Shown: piece by piece, positions 17,657-26,798 of the stretch | Layout: every line of letters starts with the position of its first letter | Numbering within the stretch: position 1 is the stretch's first letter | Origin: Thermoanaerobaculales bacterium | Lineage (GTDB): Bacteria; Acidobacteriota; Thermoanaerobaculia; Thermoanaerobaculales; Sulfomarinibacteraceae | Direction: 5' to 3' | Assembly: GCA_025456145.1 (NCBI GenBank) | Contig: JALOLD010000002.1 | Location: 61,549 to 125,548 of the forward strand | Length of the DNA stretch: 64,000 nucleotides | Notes under the pieces: generated by a model | Databases searched by the model: none | Told to the model about the DNA's origin: nothing | What the model saw: the letters and a program-made list of their open reading frames with translations, nothing else | Program-made: the position numbers and the translations under genes

Positions 17657-19594
17657 ATGGTCCTGTCGAAGCACGCCTCCGGCCCGTCGTCGCGGCTCCG
17701 CAGGTGGATCCTCGTGGCGGTGGTCGCCGCGGTCGCCTTCGAGATCGTCTATGTCGTCGCGGCGAACCTGGCGATCCGGTCGGGAGCGCTCGCCGCGCTG
17801 ATCAACAAGAAGCCCGAGAAGACCGCGATCTCGTGGGATGCGGCCGCGACCTACTTCCCTGGCTGGGTCTCGGTCGAGGGCTTCACGCTGACCAGCCAGA
17901 CCCGGAGGAACCAGGTCTACCTGAGGGTCGGCGAGGCGACCGGCCGGATCAGCCTGGTGCGGCTGCTCGCCAAGACCATCCAGATCAGCGGCGTCGACGC
18001 CCGGGACGCCGACTTCCGCTACCGGCCGCGGCTCGACCGGCCGCCCAAGGAGGGCCAGGAGGCGGCCGACGCCGGTCCGGCAGAGAGCGCCGAGCACTGG
18101 CCCGAGATCCCCGGTCTCACCAACCCTCCCGACCCGAAGCCCGAGGACCTCTACCCGGCGAAGAGGAAAAAGCGGCCGTGGACGATCGCCATCTCCGGCG
18201 CCGAGGTCGAGGGGCCGATCAGGCTCGCCATCGAGGAGCTCGCGCTGACCGCCGACGGCCGGGTCAGCGGCAGTGTCCGGGTCGTCCCGCGCGACTCGGT
18301 GTCGATCCGCCGCGGCGGTCTCGATCTGAGCCGGGCGACCGTGACCCTCGGGCCGGAGACGCTGACCGACGACCTCGCGCTGCGGGCCGACCTGCGCTTC
18401 GAGAGCTTCCCGGCGCGCGGCGCCAAGCTGGCGGAGATCCTCGGCGGGATCTCGGGCCGGCTGGCCCTCGAGGGGACGATCGGCGAGAAGGCGGCGGTCC
18501 GATTGCACATCACCCCGGGGATCAGCGTCTCCGGCGCCGGCACCGTCGCCGCCGATGTCGTGCTCGATCACGGCGTGCTGCGCTCTCCCTCGAGCTACCG
18601 GCTCGAGTCCGGCAGCTACCGCCTCCACCTCATGGATCTCGAAGCCGTCGGCACCGCGGCGGTGGCGACTTCCACGGCGAAGCGGGACGGCGCGGACGTT
18701 ACCACCGCCCGCGTCGCCTTCTCCGGCTTCAAGTTCGACGACCCGGTCGACGGCTCGGTCGGCGTCGAGGGATCGGGGCTCGAGATCGAGGCCGAGTGGG
18801 ACGGGTTCACGATCGCCGGCACCGAGCCGGCATCGCGAGTCGTTCTGACGATCCCGCCGACCCGGATCGCCGACGTGCACGTCCTCAACCCGCTGCTGCC
18901 GTCGCGCTCGACGCTCGAGCTGCGGTCGGGCGCCGGCTCGATCGAGGGCCGGCTCGAGGTGAACGGCAAGCGGATCGCCACCGGTACGGTCGATCTCGCC
19001 CTTCACGATGTCCTGCTGGCGAGCCACGACGTGCCGGTGCGCGGCGACCTCACGGTCCACGCCAACCTCGCCGAGGGTGATCTGCCGGCGCGGCGCTTCG
19101 ACGTCTCGGGCACGACGATCCGGCTCGACAAGCTGGCGGCCGGCGACAAGGGGGGCGCGAAGGAGGGGGCCGAGCCCTGGTTCTGCGACGTCGAGCTCGC
19201 CTCCGGCCGCGCGACCCTCGGCGCGCCGATCGAGGCCGATGCGGCGGTCCGGTTGAAGATGCGCGACACCAAGGGTGTGATGGCGCTGCTCAAGGTGCTC
19301 GGGGTCGGTCCCGGCTGGCTGTCCAAGCTGCCCAACATCAAGCACGTCGACGGCACCCTGGACGTCGGCACCGGCAGTCATCGGGTCGCCTTCGAGAACG
19401 TCGACCTGGCCGCCGACGGCTTCGGGGCGCAGGGCTGGCTGGTGCTGCACAAGCCCGGGACGGACGGCCGGCTCTATCTCCGGTTCAAGGGCCTCGACGC
19501 CGGGATCGCCTTCGACGCCGGCAAGACGGATCTCGTCGTCTCGAAACCCAAGCAGTGGTTCGCTGGGCAGCCGACCGGCCCGGACGACCGCTGA
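17657..19594 (+). CDS. N-terminally anchored beta-rich envelope protein, AsmA/TamB-like (tentative)
   Basis: 645 aa. Single N-terminal TM (WILVAVVAAVAFEIVYVVAANL) followed by a long repetitive beta-strand-type sequence. The family call is by overall pattern only. Confidence 0.5.
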   Translation: MVLSKHASGPSSRLRRWILVAVVAAVAFEIVYVVAANLAIRSGALAALINKKPEKTAISWDAAATYFPGWVSVEGFTLTSQTRRNQVYLRVGEATGRISLVRLLAKTIQISGVDARDADFRYRPRLDRPPKEGQEAADAGPAESAEHWPEIPGLTNPPDPKPEDLYPAKRKKRPWTIAISGAEVEGPIRLAIEELALTADGRVSGSVRVVPRDSVSIRRGGLDLSRATVTLGPETLTDDLALRADLRFESFPARGAKLAEILGGISGRLALEGTIGEKAAVRLHITPGISVSGAGTVAADVVLDHGVLRSPSSYRLESGSYRLHLMDLEAVGTAAVATSTAKRDGADVTTARVAFSGFKFDDPVDGSVGVEGSGLEIEAEWDGFTIAGTEPASRVVLTIPPTRIADVHVLNPLLPSRSTLELRSGAGSIEGRLEVNGKRIATGTVDLALHDVLLASHDVPVRGDLTVHANLAEGDLPARRFDVSGTTIRLDKLAAGDKGGAKEGAEPWFCDVELASGRATLGAPIEADAAVRLKMRDTKGVMALLKVLGVGPGWLSKLPNIKHVDGTLDVGTGSHRVAFENVDLAADGFGAQGWLVLHKPGTDGRLYLRFKGLDAGIAFDAGKTDLVVSKPKQWFAGQPTGPDDR

Positions 19595-19617
19595 ACCAGA
19601 TACCTCGGAGGTGGCTC

Positions 19618-21120
19618 ATGCGCATCGGTCTCGGCGGATTGGTGATGGTGGCGCTCCTCTCGGTGACGGATGCGATCGGTGTCGAGGCTGGCGGCCCGGA
19701 TGGCGACCCTCGAAGCGCGGCCGCCGTCCTCAGGGAGCGCGCCGAGGCGCCTCCCGAGGAGGTGGGCGCCGACCGGCCGGCACACCTCGACACGGCCGGC
19801 GGCACGCTGCTCTTCTCGATGGTCGGGCTCGACAACGCCAACTGCGTGCGCGCCATCCCCGACGTCACCGGCGACGGCCTCGACGAGATCGTGGTCGGGA
19901 TCGAGGAGTCGGGCGTCGAGAACATCTTCTGCCTCGACGGCTCGAGTGTCGGCACCGCGATTGTGGTCTGGGGTTTCGAGCCCTACGGCGGTCTTTCGGG
20001 GGGCTGGGTGTACGGCGACCAGTCCCTCGTCCCGGCCTCGGACGCCGACGGCAACGGCCACCTCAACCTGCTGGTCGGGACGGCCGGCGGCGGCCGCACG
20101 GCGTACTCGCTCGACACCCTGAACGGAGCGGTTCACTGGCAGTTCGACACCTATGTCGCCAACAGCCCCGGCGACGGCGGGTGGGTCTACTCGCTGGCCG
20201 AGATGAGCGACGTCACCGGCGACGGGGTTCCCGAGGTGGCCCTCGGCGCCGGTTATGAGCCCGACTCGGCGTTCCTGGTCAGCGGCGCGTCGGTCGGCGC
20301 GGTCCAGGCGGCCCAGATCTGGCGCTATCAGGCCGGCGACAACCCGAACTCGGTCCGCAACCTCGGCGATGTCAACGGCGACGGTGACGACGACGTGCTG
20401 ATCGCGGTCTCCGACAGCGGCTACATGGTCCGCTGCCTCGACGGCGGCACCGCGTCGCCCGCCGGCGCGGTGCTCTGGAGCTACCCGACCGGCGGCCGCA
20501 CCGCCTACGCGGTCGAGGTGATCCCGGATCTCACCGGGGACGGCCAGGCCGAGGCGCTGGCGGTGATCTGGGCGACCGACGGCAGCTCGGTCCGCTGCCT
20601 CAACGGCGCGACCGGGGTCGAGCTCTGGCGGAGCACGACGGTCGCAGACTACGGGATGATGGTCGACGTCATCGACGACGTCAACGCCAGCGGCTATCCG
20701 GACATCGTCGTGGGCTCGTGGGAGAACGCGGTCAGCGTGCTCGAGGGGAGCGACGGGACCGAGATCTGGAAGACCTTCGTCGGCACGACCAACGGCGGCG
20801 ACGTGTGGACCGCGCGCGGGGTCCCGGATCTCGACGGCGACCGGGTCATGGACGTCGTCGCCGGCTCCTTCGACCTGCACGCCTACGCGATGAGCGGCGC
20901 CGACGGGTCCATCCTGTGGTCGTACAGCACCGGTAACCGCGTCTTTTCGATCGCCCCGGTCGGCGACCTCGACGGGGACGGCGGCCCGGAGGTCGTGGCG
21001 GGCACTCAGGACACGAGCTCGTTCGTCGTCGTCCACGTCATCGACGGCGGCGATGGCATTCTGTTCGGCGACGACTTCGAGTCGGGCGGGACCGGCGCCT
21101 GGTCGACGGTCGAGCCGTAA
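19618..21120 (+). CDS. Secreted FG-GAP / PQQ-like beta-propeller repeat protein
   Basis: Signal peptide MRIGLGGLVMVALLSVTDAIG. Repeated D-x-[TN]-G-D-G-x-x-[DE] motifs (DVTGDGLDE, DVNGDGDDD, DLTGDGQAE, DLDGDRVMD, DLDGDGGPE) alternate with x-x-W blades. GGAGG SD before ATG 19618. Confidence 0.8.
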   Translation: MRIGLGGLVMVALLSVTDAIGVEAGGPDGDPRSAAAVLRERAEAPPEEVGADRPAHLDTAGGTLLFSMVGLDNANCVRAIPDVTGDGLDEIVVGIEESGVENIFCLDGSSVGTAIVVWGFEPYGGLSGGWVYGDQSLVPASDADGNGHLNLLVGTAGGGRTAYSLDTLNGAVHWQFDTYVANSPGDGGWVYSLAEMSDVTGDGVPEVALGAGYEPDSAFLVSGASVGAVQAAQIWRYQAGDNPNSVRNLGDVNGDGDDDVLIAVSDSGYMVRCLDGGTASPAGAVLWSYPTGGRTAYAVEVIPDLTGDGQAEALAVIWATDGSSVRCLNGATGVELWRSTTVADYGMMVDVIDDVNASGYPDIVVGSWENAVSVLEGSDGTEIWKTFVGTTNGGDVWTARGVPDLDGDRVMDVVAGSFDLHAYAMSGADGSILWSYSTGNRVFSIAPVGDLDGDGGPEVVAGTQDTSSFVVVHVIDGGDGILFGDDFESGGTGAWSTVEP

Positions 21121-21200
21121 CCGTCAGCGGCACGGATTGCCCTCGGGCGACCGACTGGTGTACGATGCGCGGCCGGCGGTGTCCGCGCCGCGACCGGTGT

Positions 21201-21278
21201 GACCCCATCGTCTAGTCAGGTCTAGGACACCAGCCTTTCACGCTGGCGACGCGGGTTCAAATCCCGCTGGGGTCACCA
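21201..21278 (+). tRNA. tRNA-Glu (anticodon UUC)
   Basis: GACCCCATCGTCTAG...CCAGC-CTTTCAC-GCTGG...GCGGG-TTCAAAT-CCCGC-TGGGGTC-A-CCA. Close in pattern to canonical bacterial tRNA-Glu. Confidence 0.9.
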
Positions 21279-21300
21279 CTCCTTCCGCCTCTTCACTCCG

Positions 21301-21987
21301 TCACCCGACGAACTTGTAGCCCAGCCGGTGGACCGTGACGATCAGCCGCGGGTCGGCCGGGTTGTCCTCGATCTTCTTGCGCAGCTTGGCGATGTGGGTG
21401 TCGACGGTGCGGGTGAAGGGGATCGTGTCGTAACCCCAGACGTCGTCGAGCAGCTGCTCGCGGGTCACGACCTCGCCGCGGTGGTGGATGAAGTGGTCGA
21501 GCAGCCGGAACTCCCTCGGGGTGAGCTCGAGCCCGACACCGTCCTTCTCGGCGATGTGGTGGTCGAGGTCGACCATGAGCTGGCCGAAGAAGTGAGTGCC
21601 GCCGTTGCGGCTCTTCGGGGTCTGCGCCGACCGTCGGAGCACCGCCTCGACCCGCGCTCGGAGCTCCATGAAGCTGAAGGGCTTGGTGACATAGTCGTCG
21701 GCGCCGAGCTTGAGGCCGAGCACCTTGTCGATCTCCTGACCGCGGGCGGTCAGCATGATGATCGGCAGCCCGGAGCCGTCGCCGCGGAGGCTCCTGCAGA
21801 CCTCGAGACCGGTCATCTTGGGCAGCATGACGTCGAGGATCATGAGATCCGCATCGCTCTCGCGGGCGAGACGTAGGCCCTCCTCGCCGTCCCCCGCCAC
21901 GTCGACCTGGAAGCCCTCGTAGCTGAAGCCGTCGCGCAGGGCGATCGCCATCGCGTGGTCGTCCTCAACGATCAGGATCTTGGCCAT
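21301..21987 (-). CDS. OmpR-family response regulator
   Basis: Receiver domain [10 protein letters not shown]...[10 protein letters not shown]...DDYVTKPF and winged-helix output domain [12 protein letters not shown]...RLGYKF. ATG 21987 follows a GAGGAGG SD. Confidence 0.93.
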   Translation of the reverse strand: MAKILIVEDDHAMAIALRDGFSYEGFQVDVAGDGEEGLRLARESDADLMILDVMLPKMTGLEVCRSLRGDGSGLPIIMLTARGQEIDKVLGLKLGADDYVTKPFSFMELRARVEAVLRRSAQTPKSRNGGTHFFGQLMVDLDHHIAEKDGVGLELTPREFRLLDHFIHHRGEVVTREQLLDDVWGYDTIPFTRTVDTHIAKLRKKIEDNPADPRLIVTVHRLGYKFVG

Positions 21988-23677
21988 GACGCCTCCTCTC
22001 GCTGCGGTCCGGCCGGCGGTCGACCGGCAGCTCGATGGTGAAGGTGCTCCCCCTGCCGAGCTCGCTCTCGACCGAGACTCGGCCACCGTGCGCCGCGACG
22101 ATGTGGCGGACCAGCGCCAGCCCGAGACCCGCGCCCTTGACATCGTGCACGCCGCCGGTCGAAACCCGGTGGAACCGGTCGAAGATCCGTTCGAGCTCGT
22201 CGTCGGGGATGCCGATGCCCTGGTCGGCCACAGCCACCGAGACCGCCCGTCCGTCGCTCGTCAGTCGGACGACGATCCTCCCGCCCTTGGGGGAGTACTT
22301 GACGGCGTTGTCGAGCAGGTTGGCGATCGCGCGGTCGATGGCGTTGGCGTCGAGCTCGAGAAGCGGCAACGGGCGGTCGGGGCCGACCACCTCGAGCTCG
22401 AGACCGCGGTCTCGCAGGCGGATGCGCTGCGCCTCGACCGCGCCGCCGACCAGTCTCTCGAGATCGGTCGGCTCGAAGACGTAGAGCTTCTCGCCGGACT
22501 CGATCCGCGAGAAGTCGAGGATGTTGTTGATGAGCTGGCTGAGCCGTCGGCTCTCGGTCTCGATGTGCTCGCCGTACTCCGCCACCTTGGCCGGGTCGGC
22601 GACCTTGCCGTGTCGCATGAGCTCGCCGAACACCCTGATCGAGGCCAGGGGCGTCCGCAGCTCGTGCGAGACGTTGGAGACGAACTCGTTCTTCATGGTC
22701 GACAGCCTCATCTCCCGGAGCGCGGTCCGGACGGTGAAGGCGATCCCCCCCAGGAGAATTACGGCGAGAGTCGTCGAAAGGGTTAGGTTGACGGCGAAAT
22801 TCGCCCTCGCCCAGCGCTCGGGCACGGCCAGCCGGCCCTGGAGGCTCAAGGTCCAGTCGGTGAAAACGAAGTCGAAAGATCGCTGGACGCGGTCGGGCTC
22901 GACGTCCGAGCACGGCCGCGAGGGAAAGACCCGCCGCCCTCTCCCGTCGTGGACGCATACCCACAGGGCCCCCGGGTCGTCGAACTTCGGCAGCGCCTGG
23001 CTGACGGCCCGCGGCAGCACGCTGTCGACGAAGTAGTCCTGATCGATGATCAGACCCGTGATCGCGATCAGGAGGTCGCTCTCGTCGGTAATCGGGTTGA
23101 GAATGATCCGCCGCGACAAGTCGTGCTCGTTGACGAAAAAGCCGGTCCGCATGACCGGACCGAGAGTCTTGTGGAGCGTGCTCCACGGCGCGGCGGCGAC
23201 CCACACCGCCCTCGCGTCGGGCGTCGGGTCGAGATCCTCGACCATCGCACGGGTCCCCGGGTCGTAGTGGAAGAGACGGGGGATCGGCTGGTAGGTGACG
23301 ATGAAGGCCCGGCGGACCCCGGTGAGGTCCCGGGAGGCGAAGAAGTGCGCCGCCTGCTCGATGGTCTCCTCGGTGTAGGCGGCAGGCGGGAGGTTGAGCA
23401 CCTCGTCGGCGACCGCGTTGTAGTAGAAGAACGTCTCGTTAGAGATCGCCTTGAGAGCGCTTTCGAGGTTGGCGCGGCGGGCGATGGTCGAGCTGTGCTG
23501 GAGATCGGCGAGCCAACGATACTGGAGGACCACGAGCACGAGCAGCGGCAGCGACACCACGACGATCCCGGTCCACAGGAGCCGGCGGCGGCCGAAGATC
23601 ACGCGCTCGACCACCGACAGCCGGGCGCCCGACGGATCGTGCGTCCGATTTCGAGCGGGAGCGTCGGTGTGGTTCAT
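21965..23677 (-). CDS. Sensor histidine kinase with a large extracytoplasmic sensor domain
   Basis: H-box [17 protein letters not shown]-box [12 protein letters not shown]-boxes DQGIGIP and GAGLGLALV. Two TM segments flank a sensor region of roughly 250 aa. ATG 23677 is preferred because the 30 codons upstream (to 23767) have low third-position GC. Overlaps the response regulator start by 23 nt. Confidence 0.88.
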   Translation of the reverse strand: MNHTDAPARNRTHDPSGARLSVVERVIFGRRRLLWTGIVVVSLPLLVLVVLQYRWLADLQHSSTIARRANLESALKAISNETFFYYNAVADEVLNLPPAAYTEETIEQAAHFFASRDLTGVRRAFIVTYQPIPRLFHYDPGTRAMVEDLDPTPDARAVWVAAAPWSTLHKTLGPVMRTGFFVNEHDLSRRIILNPITDESDLLIAITGLIIDQDYFVDSVLPRAVSQALPKFDDPGALWVCVHDGRGRRVFPSRPCSDVEPDRVQRSFDFVFTDWTLSLQGRLAVPERWARANFAVNLTLSTTLAVILLGGIAFTVRTALREMRLSTMKNEFVSNVSHELRTPLASIRVFGELMRHGKVADPAKVAEYGEHIETESRRLSQLINNILDFSRIESGEKLYVFEPTDLERLVGGAVEAQRIRLRDRGLELEVVGPDRPLPLLELDANAIDRAIANLLDNAVKYSPKGGRIVVRLTSDGRAVSVAVADQGIGIPDDELERIFDRFHRVSTGGVHDVKGAGLGLALVRHIVAAHGGRVSVESELGRGSTFTIELPVDRRPDRSERRRHGQDPDR

Positions 23678-23973
23678 GGTGTCAGGATCCGCGCGTCGAT
23701 GATCCGATTCGTCTCGAATATAACCCGGTGGCGGCCGCGTCGCCGGAGCTTTTTCGTCGTGTGACAACTGTTTCCGACGTTTTTCATGTCGGCGAGGACT
23801 TTGACAGCGGTGAAGGCGACCGTCCTAGGCAGAGGGTTTCCCCCCCTCGGGTCCGGGTTCGCCGATCCGGCGAACCGCGGCCGGCGGATGGACCGGGCGT
23901 CCGGTCCGTCCGTTTTTGTCGGCGGGATCGGGGCGCCTGCCGGGCCGGAAGCCGGCCCCGGGTCGCGCGCCCC

Positions 23974-24675
23974 TCAGTTGAGCTCGGCCGGGTCGATCTG
24001 GTCCGCGGTCGGACGGTCGTCGAGTCGACGGTAGAGGTCCTCGGTGACGAGCAGGAATCGGTCGGCCATGTTGTCGGCCTCGAGCAGCTCGCGCTTGCGG
24101 CGGCTCGGCAGCTCGAGGATCTGGCTCGCCAGCGCGATGAGCTGCGAGTCGGTGATCGCGCCGATCTGCTCGGCGAGCGCGCTGCGGTCGTCGTCGTCGA
24201 GCTCGACCAGCTCGGGGAGCGTCCGGAGCAGCTCGACTCGCACCGAGCCGAGACCGGCGAGCGAGCTCCGGCCGTCGGGGATCGGGGTGTAGGTGACGCG
24301 GGCCTGGCGGTAGAGCGTGTCGACCACGAGCTCCTCGTCGATCGAGAATCGCTCGAGACCGAGCAGCCAGAGCAGGAACCGGCCGTCGGGCAGCCGCCGG
24401 TGCTCGGCGATGAAGCCGACGCAGCCCACCGGGTGGAGGGAGGGCGTCGCCGCGTCCGACGCCACCGGCTCGGTTTCGACCATCCCGATGACCCGGTGGC
24501 CGCGAAGCGCGTCGTTGACCATCGCCCGGTAGCGGGGCTCGAAGATATGCAGCGGGAGCACCTCTCCGGGGAGCAGGACCACCTCGGACAGGGGGAAGAT
24601 CGGGATCACGGTCGGGATGTGGATCATCCCGTTGTCGAATGCGCCGGAGCCGCCGGCGGGCGTGGAAGGGTGCAT
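23974..24675 (-). CDS. LON N-terminal (substrate-binding) domain protein
   Basis: IPIFPLSEVVLLPGEVLPLHIFEPRYRAMV is the classic Lon N-domain start. There is no AAA or protease part. AAAGGAGG SD lies 5 nt before ATG 24675. Confidence 0.85.
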   Translation of the reverse strand: MHPSTPAGGSGAFDNGMIHIPTVIPIFPLSEVVLLPGEVLPLHIFEPRYRAMVNDALRGHRVIGMVETEPVASDAATPSLHPVGCVGFIAEHRRLPDGRFLLWLLGLERFSIDEELVVDTLYRQARVTYTPIPDGRSSLAGLGSVRVELLRTLPELVELDDDDRSALAEQIGAITDSQLIALASQILELPSRRKRELLEADNMADRFLLVTEDLYRRLDDRPTADQIDPAELN

Positions 24676-24798
24676 GGCGGCCTCCTTTCAACCGGAGTAA
24701 CGATCGACCGGTCCGGCGTGTTCCAGCCCGGGCGCCGCGGTCGGGACCGGCGAGGGGCGAGGTAGGATGGCGGTCAGCGGAGGAGCGTGGAGGTCGGG

Positions 24799-26544
24799 AT
24801 GACTCTCAATCCATCGGCGGTTCGGATCGTGCCGGCGATCCTGACAGGGGTCGTCCTGGCGGTGATCGGCGGGGCCGCGTCCGCACAGGAGGGGACCGCG
24901 GTCGGAGGTCTGGCCTTCGTCGACGAGGTCCAGGTGACCGTGGTCAACGTCGACGTCTACGTCCGCGACGGCGGCCGTCCGGTCACCGGGCTCGGCGTCG
25001 AGGACTTCAGGATCCTCCAGAACGGTGTCGAGATGCCGATCAGCCACTTCGCCGAGCTCGACGCCGAGGTCATCCGAGAGAGGGCCGCGGCCGCCGTCTC
25101 GAACGCCCCGCCGCGTGCCGAGGTCGGCGAGGCGCCGGCCGGCGAGACCGCCGCGCCGGCGCAGGCGGTCGAGATCAAGCCGATCTGGACGGTGCTCTTC
25201 ATCGACAACGAGAACCTCCGGACGATCGACCGCAACCGGGTGCTCCGCCGGGTCCGCGACTTCGTCGCCGCCAACCTCGAGCCGCCGGTCCAGATGATGG
25301 TGGTGAGCTACCAGCGCAGCCTCGAGGTGCTGCAGCCCTTCACCTCGAGCCCGAGCGAGGTCAACGGGGCGCTGCGATCGGTGGTCGACCGGACCGGGGG
25401 GCGCGAGGAGCGCGACTCGGCTCAGCGCGACCTGCTCCGAGACATGGCCGATGCGCGGAACCAGGACTACGGGGGCAAGGTCAACACCCAGGCCGGGGCC
25501 GAGCTCGACATGCGGCAGCGGGTGACCGCCTTCGCCGCCGACGAGGCGGACAGCCTGCGCAACACCATGGGCGCGCTCCGTCAGGTGATCGCCATGCTCT
25601 CCGGGATCGACGGCCGCAAGTCGTTGATCTACGTGTCGAGCGGCCTGCCGATGGAGCCCGGCGTCGGCCTCATGCACGACTACGCGATGACCTTCAACGA
25701 TCAGTCGATCCTGTCGATGCGTGGGCGCTACGACGCGACGAGGTTGTTCCACGAGCTCGCCTCGCAGGCCAACGCCCAGGAGGTCAGCCTGTACGCCATC
25801 GACGCGAGCGGTCTCGACACCGCCGACGGCTTCGACGCCGACAGCGCGTACTCCCGAGACCCGACCGCCGCCTCGATCGGATCGCGGAACTACCAGGCCT
25901 CGCTGACCTACATGGCCGAGGCGACCGGCGGTCTGGCGGTGATCAACACCAACGACGTCAGCGGCGGCCTCCGGCAGATCGCCGACGACCTCTACAGCTA
26001 CTACTCGCTCGGTTACACGGTGGGTCCGTCCGGCGAGGACCGGGTGAACCGGATCGAGGTCGAGCTGACCGGCGGGCAGAGCTACGATCTGCGGTATCGC
26101 CGGCGGTACGTCGACCGCTCGTACGACAGCCTTATCCAGGACCGGGTGTTCACCTCGCTGGTGGTCGACATCGACGACAACCCGATGGCGGTCGAGCTGA
26201 CCACCGGTGAGGCGCTGCCCGGGACGGCGACCCAGAGGATCGTCCCGGTCCACCTGAGCTTCGACCTCGGCGCCGTGGCGCTCATGCCGGTCGGCGACGA
26301 GCTCGTCGCGAGGATCGTGGTGTTCGTCGGCGCCCGCGACGACGAGGGCCGCAACAGCGAGGTCCAGCGGCAGGAGCACGAAATCAGGCTGCCCGCGGCC
26401 GAGTACCTCACCGACGGTCGCACGCGGTTCGGCCTCGACTTCAGGCTCCTGCTCGAGCAGGGTCGCCAGCGCATCGCGGTCGGTGTCATGGACCCGATGA
26501 CCCGCCAGGCGTCCTACGCGCGAGCCGTCGTGACAGTCCCCTGA
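24799..26544 (+). CDS. VWA domain protein of the 'VWFA-related Acidobacterial domain' type
   Basis: Signal peptide, then an N-terminal beta domain (VDEVQVTVVNVDVYVRDGGRPVTGLGVEDFRILQNGVEMPISHF). A VWA-like core follows (TVLFIDNENL...SLIYVSSG). Confidence 0.8.
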   Translation: MTLNPSAVRIVPAILTGVVLAVIGGAASAQEGTAVGGLAFVDEVQVTVVNVDVYVRDGGRPVTGLGVEDFRILQNGVEMPISHFAELDAEVIRERAAAAVSNAPPRAEVGEAPAGETAAPAQAVEIKPIWTVLFIDNENLRTIDRNRVLRRVRDFVAANLEPPVQMMVVSYQRSLEVLQPFTSSPSEVNGALRSVVDRTGGREERDSAQRDLLRDMADARNQDYGGKVNTQAGAELDMRQRVTAFAADEADSLRNTMGALRQVIAMLSGIDGRKSLIYVSSGLPMEPGVGLMHDYAMTFNDQSILSMRGRYDATRLFHELASQANAQEVSLYAIDASGLDTADGFDADSAYSRDPTAASIGSRNYQASLTYMAEATGGLAVINTNDVSGGLRQIADDLYSYYSLGYTVGPSGEDRVNRIEVELTGGQSYDLRYRRRYVDRSYDSLIQDRVFTSLVVDIDDNPMAVELTTGEALPGTATQRIVPVHLSFDLGAVALMPVGDELVARIVVFVGARDDEGRNSEVQRQEHEIRLPAAEYLTDGRTRFGLDFRLLLEQGRQRIAVGVMDPMTRQASYARAVVTVP

Positions 26545-26798
26545 CCCGGAGCACACCTATCCGGCTCGCAGGGGGTTTGACCGATCCCGATGCGACGTCC
26601 GATTGATCGTCGCAACCACGAAGACACCAAGACACGAAGGCGAGCACGAGGGAATCGGTGGTACCCGGGTCCCGCCCGCAGCTCGGCCATCGACTGGATC
26701 GAGATGCCGACGGCTGGGGCGCGGGTGAGCCGAGAGCGGGATCGGGATCGGGAACGGAGGATCCCGAACCTGACTCAGGGGGACAGGTATGGCCGGGG

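Noticed and set aside
17497-21278. Possible genomic island, because two genes are bracketed by tRNA-Lys and tRNA-Glu.
   Set aside because: There is no integrase or recombinase and no direct repeat of a tRNA 3' end. GC content and codon style match the flanks.
23678-23767. N-terminal extension of the histidine kinase to the first ATG of ORF 21965..23767 (MSHDEKAPATRPPPGYIRDESDHRRADPDT).
   Set aside because: Third-position GC of these 30 codons is only about 55%, versus about 90% in real coding sequence here. ATG 23677 gives a normal cytoplasmic N-terminus followed by the TM segment.
26545-26798. 254-nt convergent intergenic region with a lower-GC patch and GACAC-type short repeats (CCACGAAGACACCAAGACACGAAGG, ~26617-26641) and GGGATC GGGATC GGGA (~26737-26752). 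Considered as an sRNA, a repeat element or a terminator.
   Set aside because: No stable hairpin with a U-tract, no promoter and no recognisable RNA family were found by eye. The repeats are too short to call, and ORFs 26557..27060 and 26590..27516 look like shadow frames.
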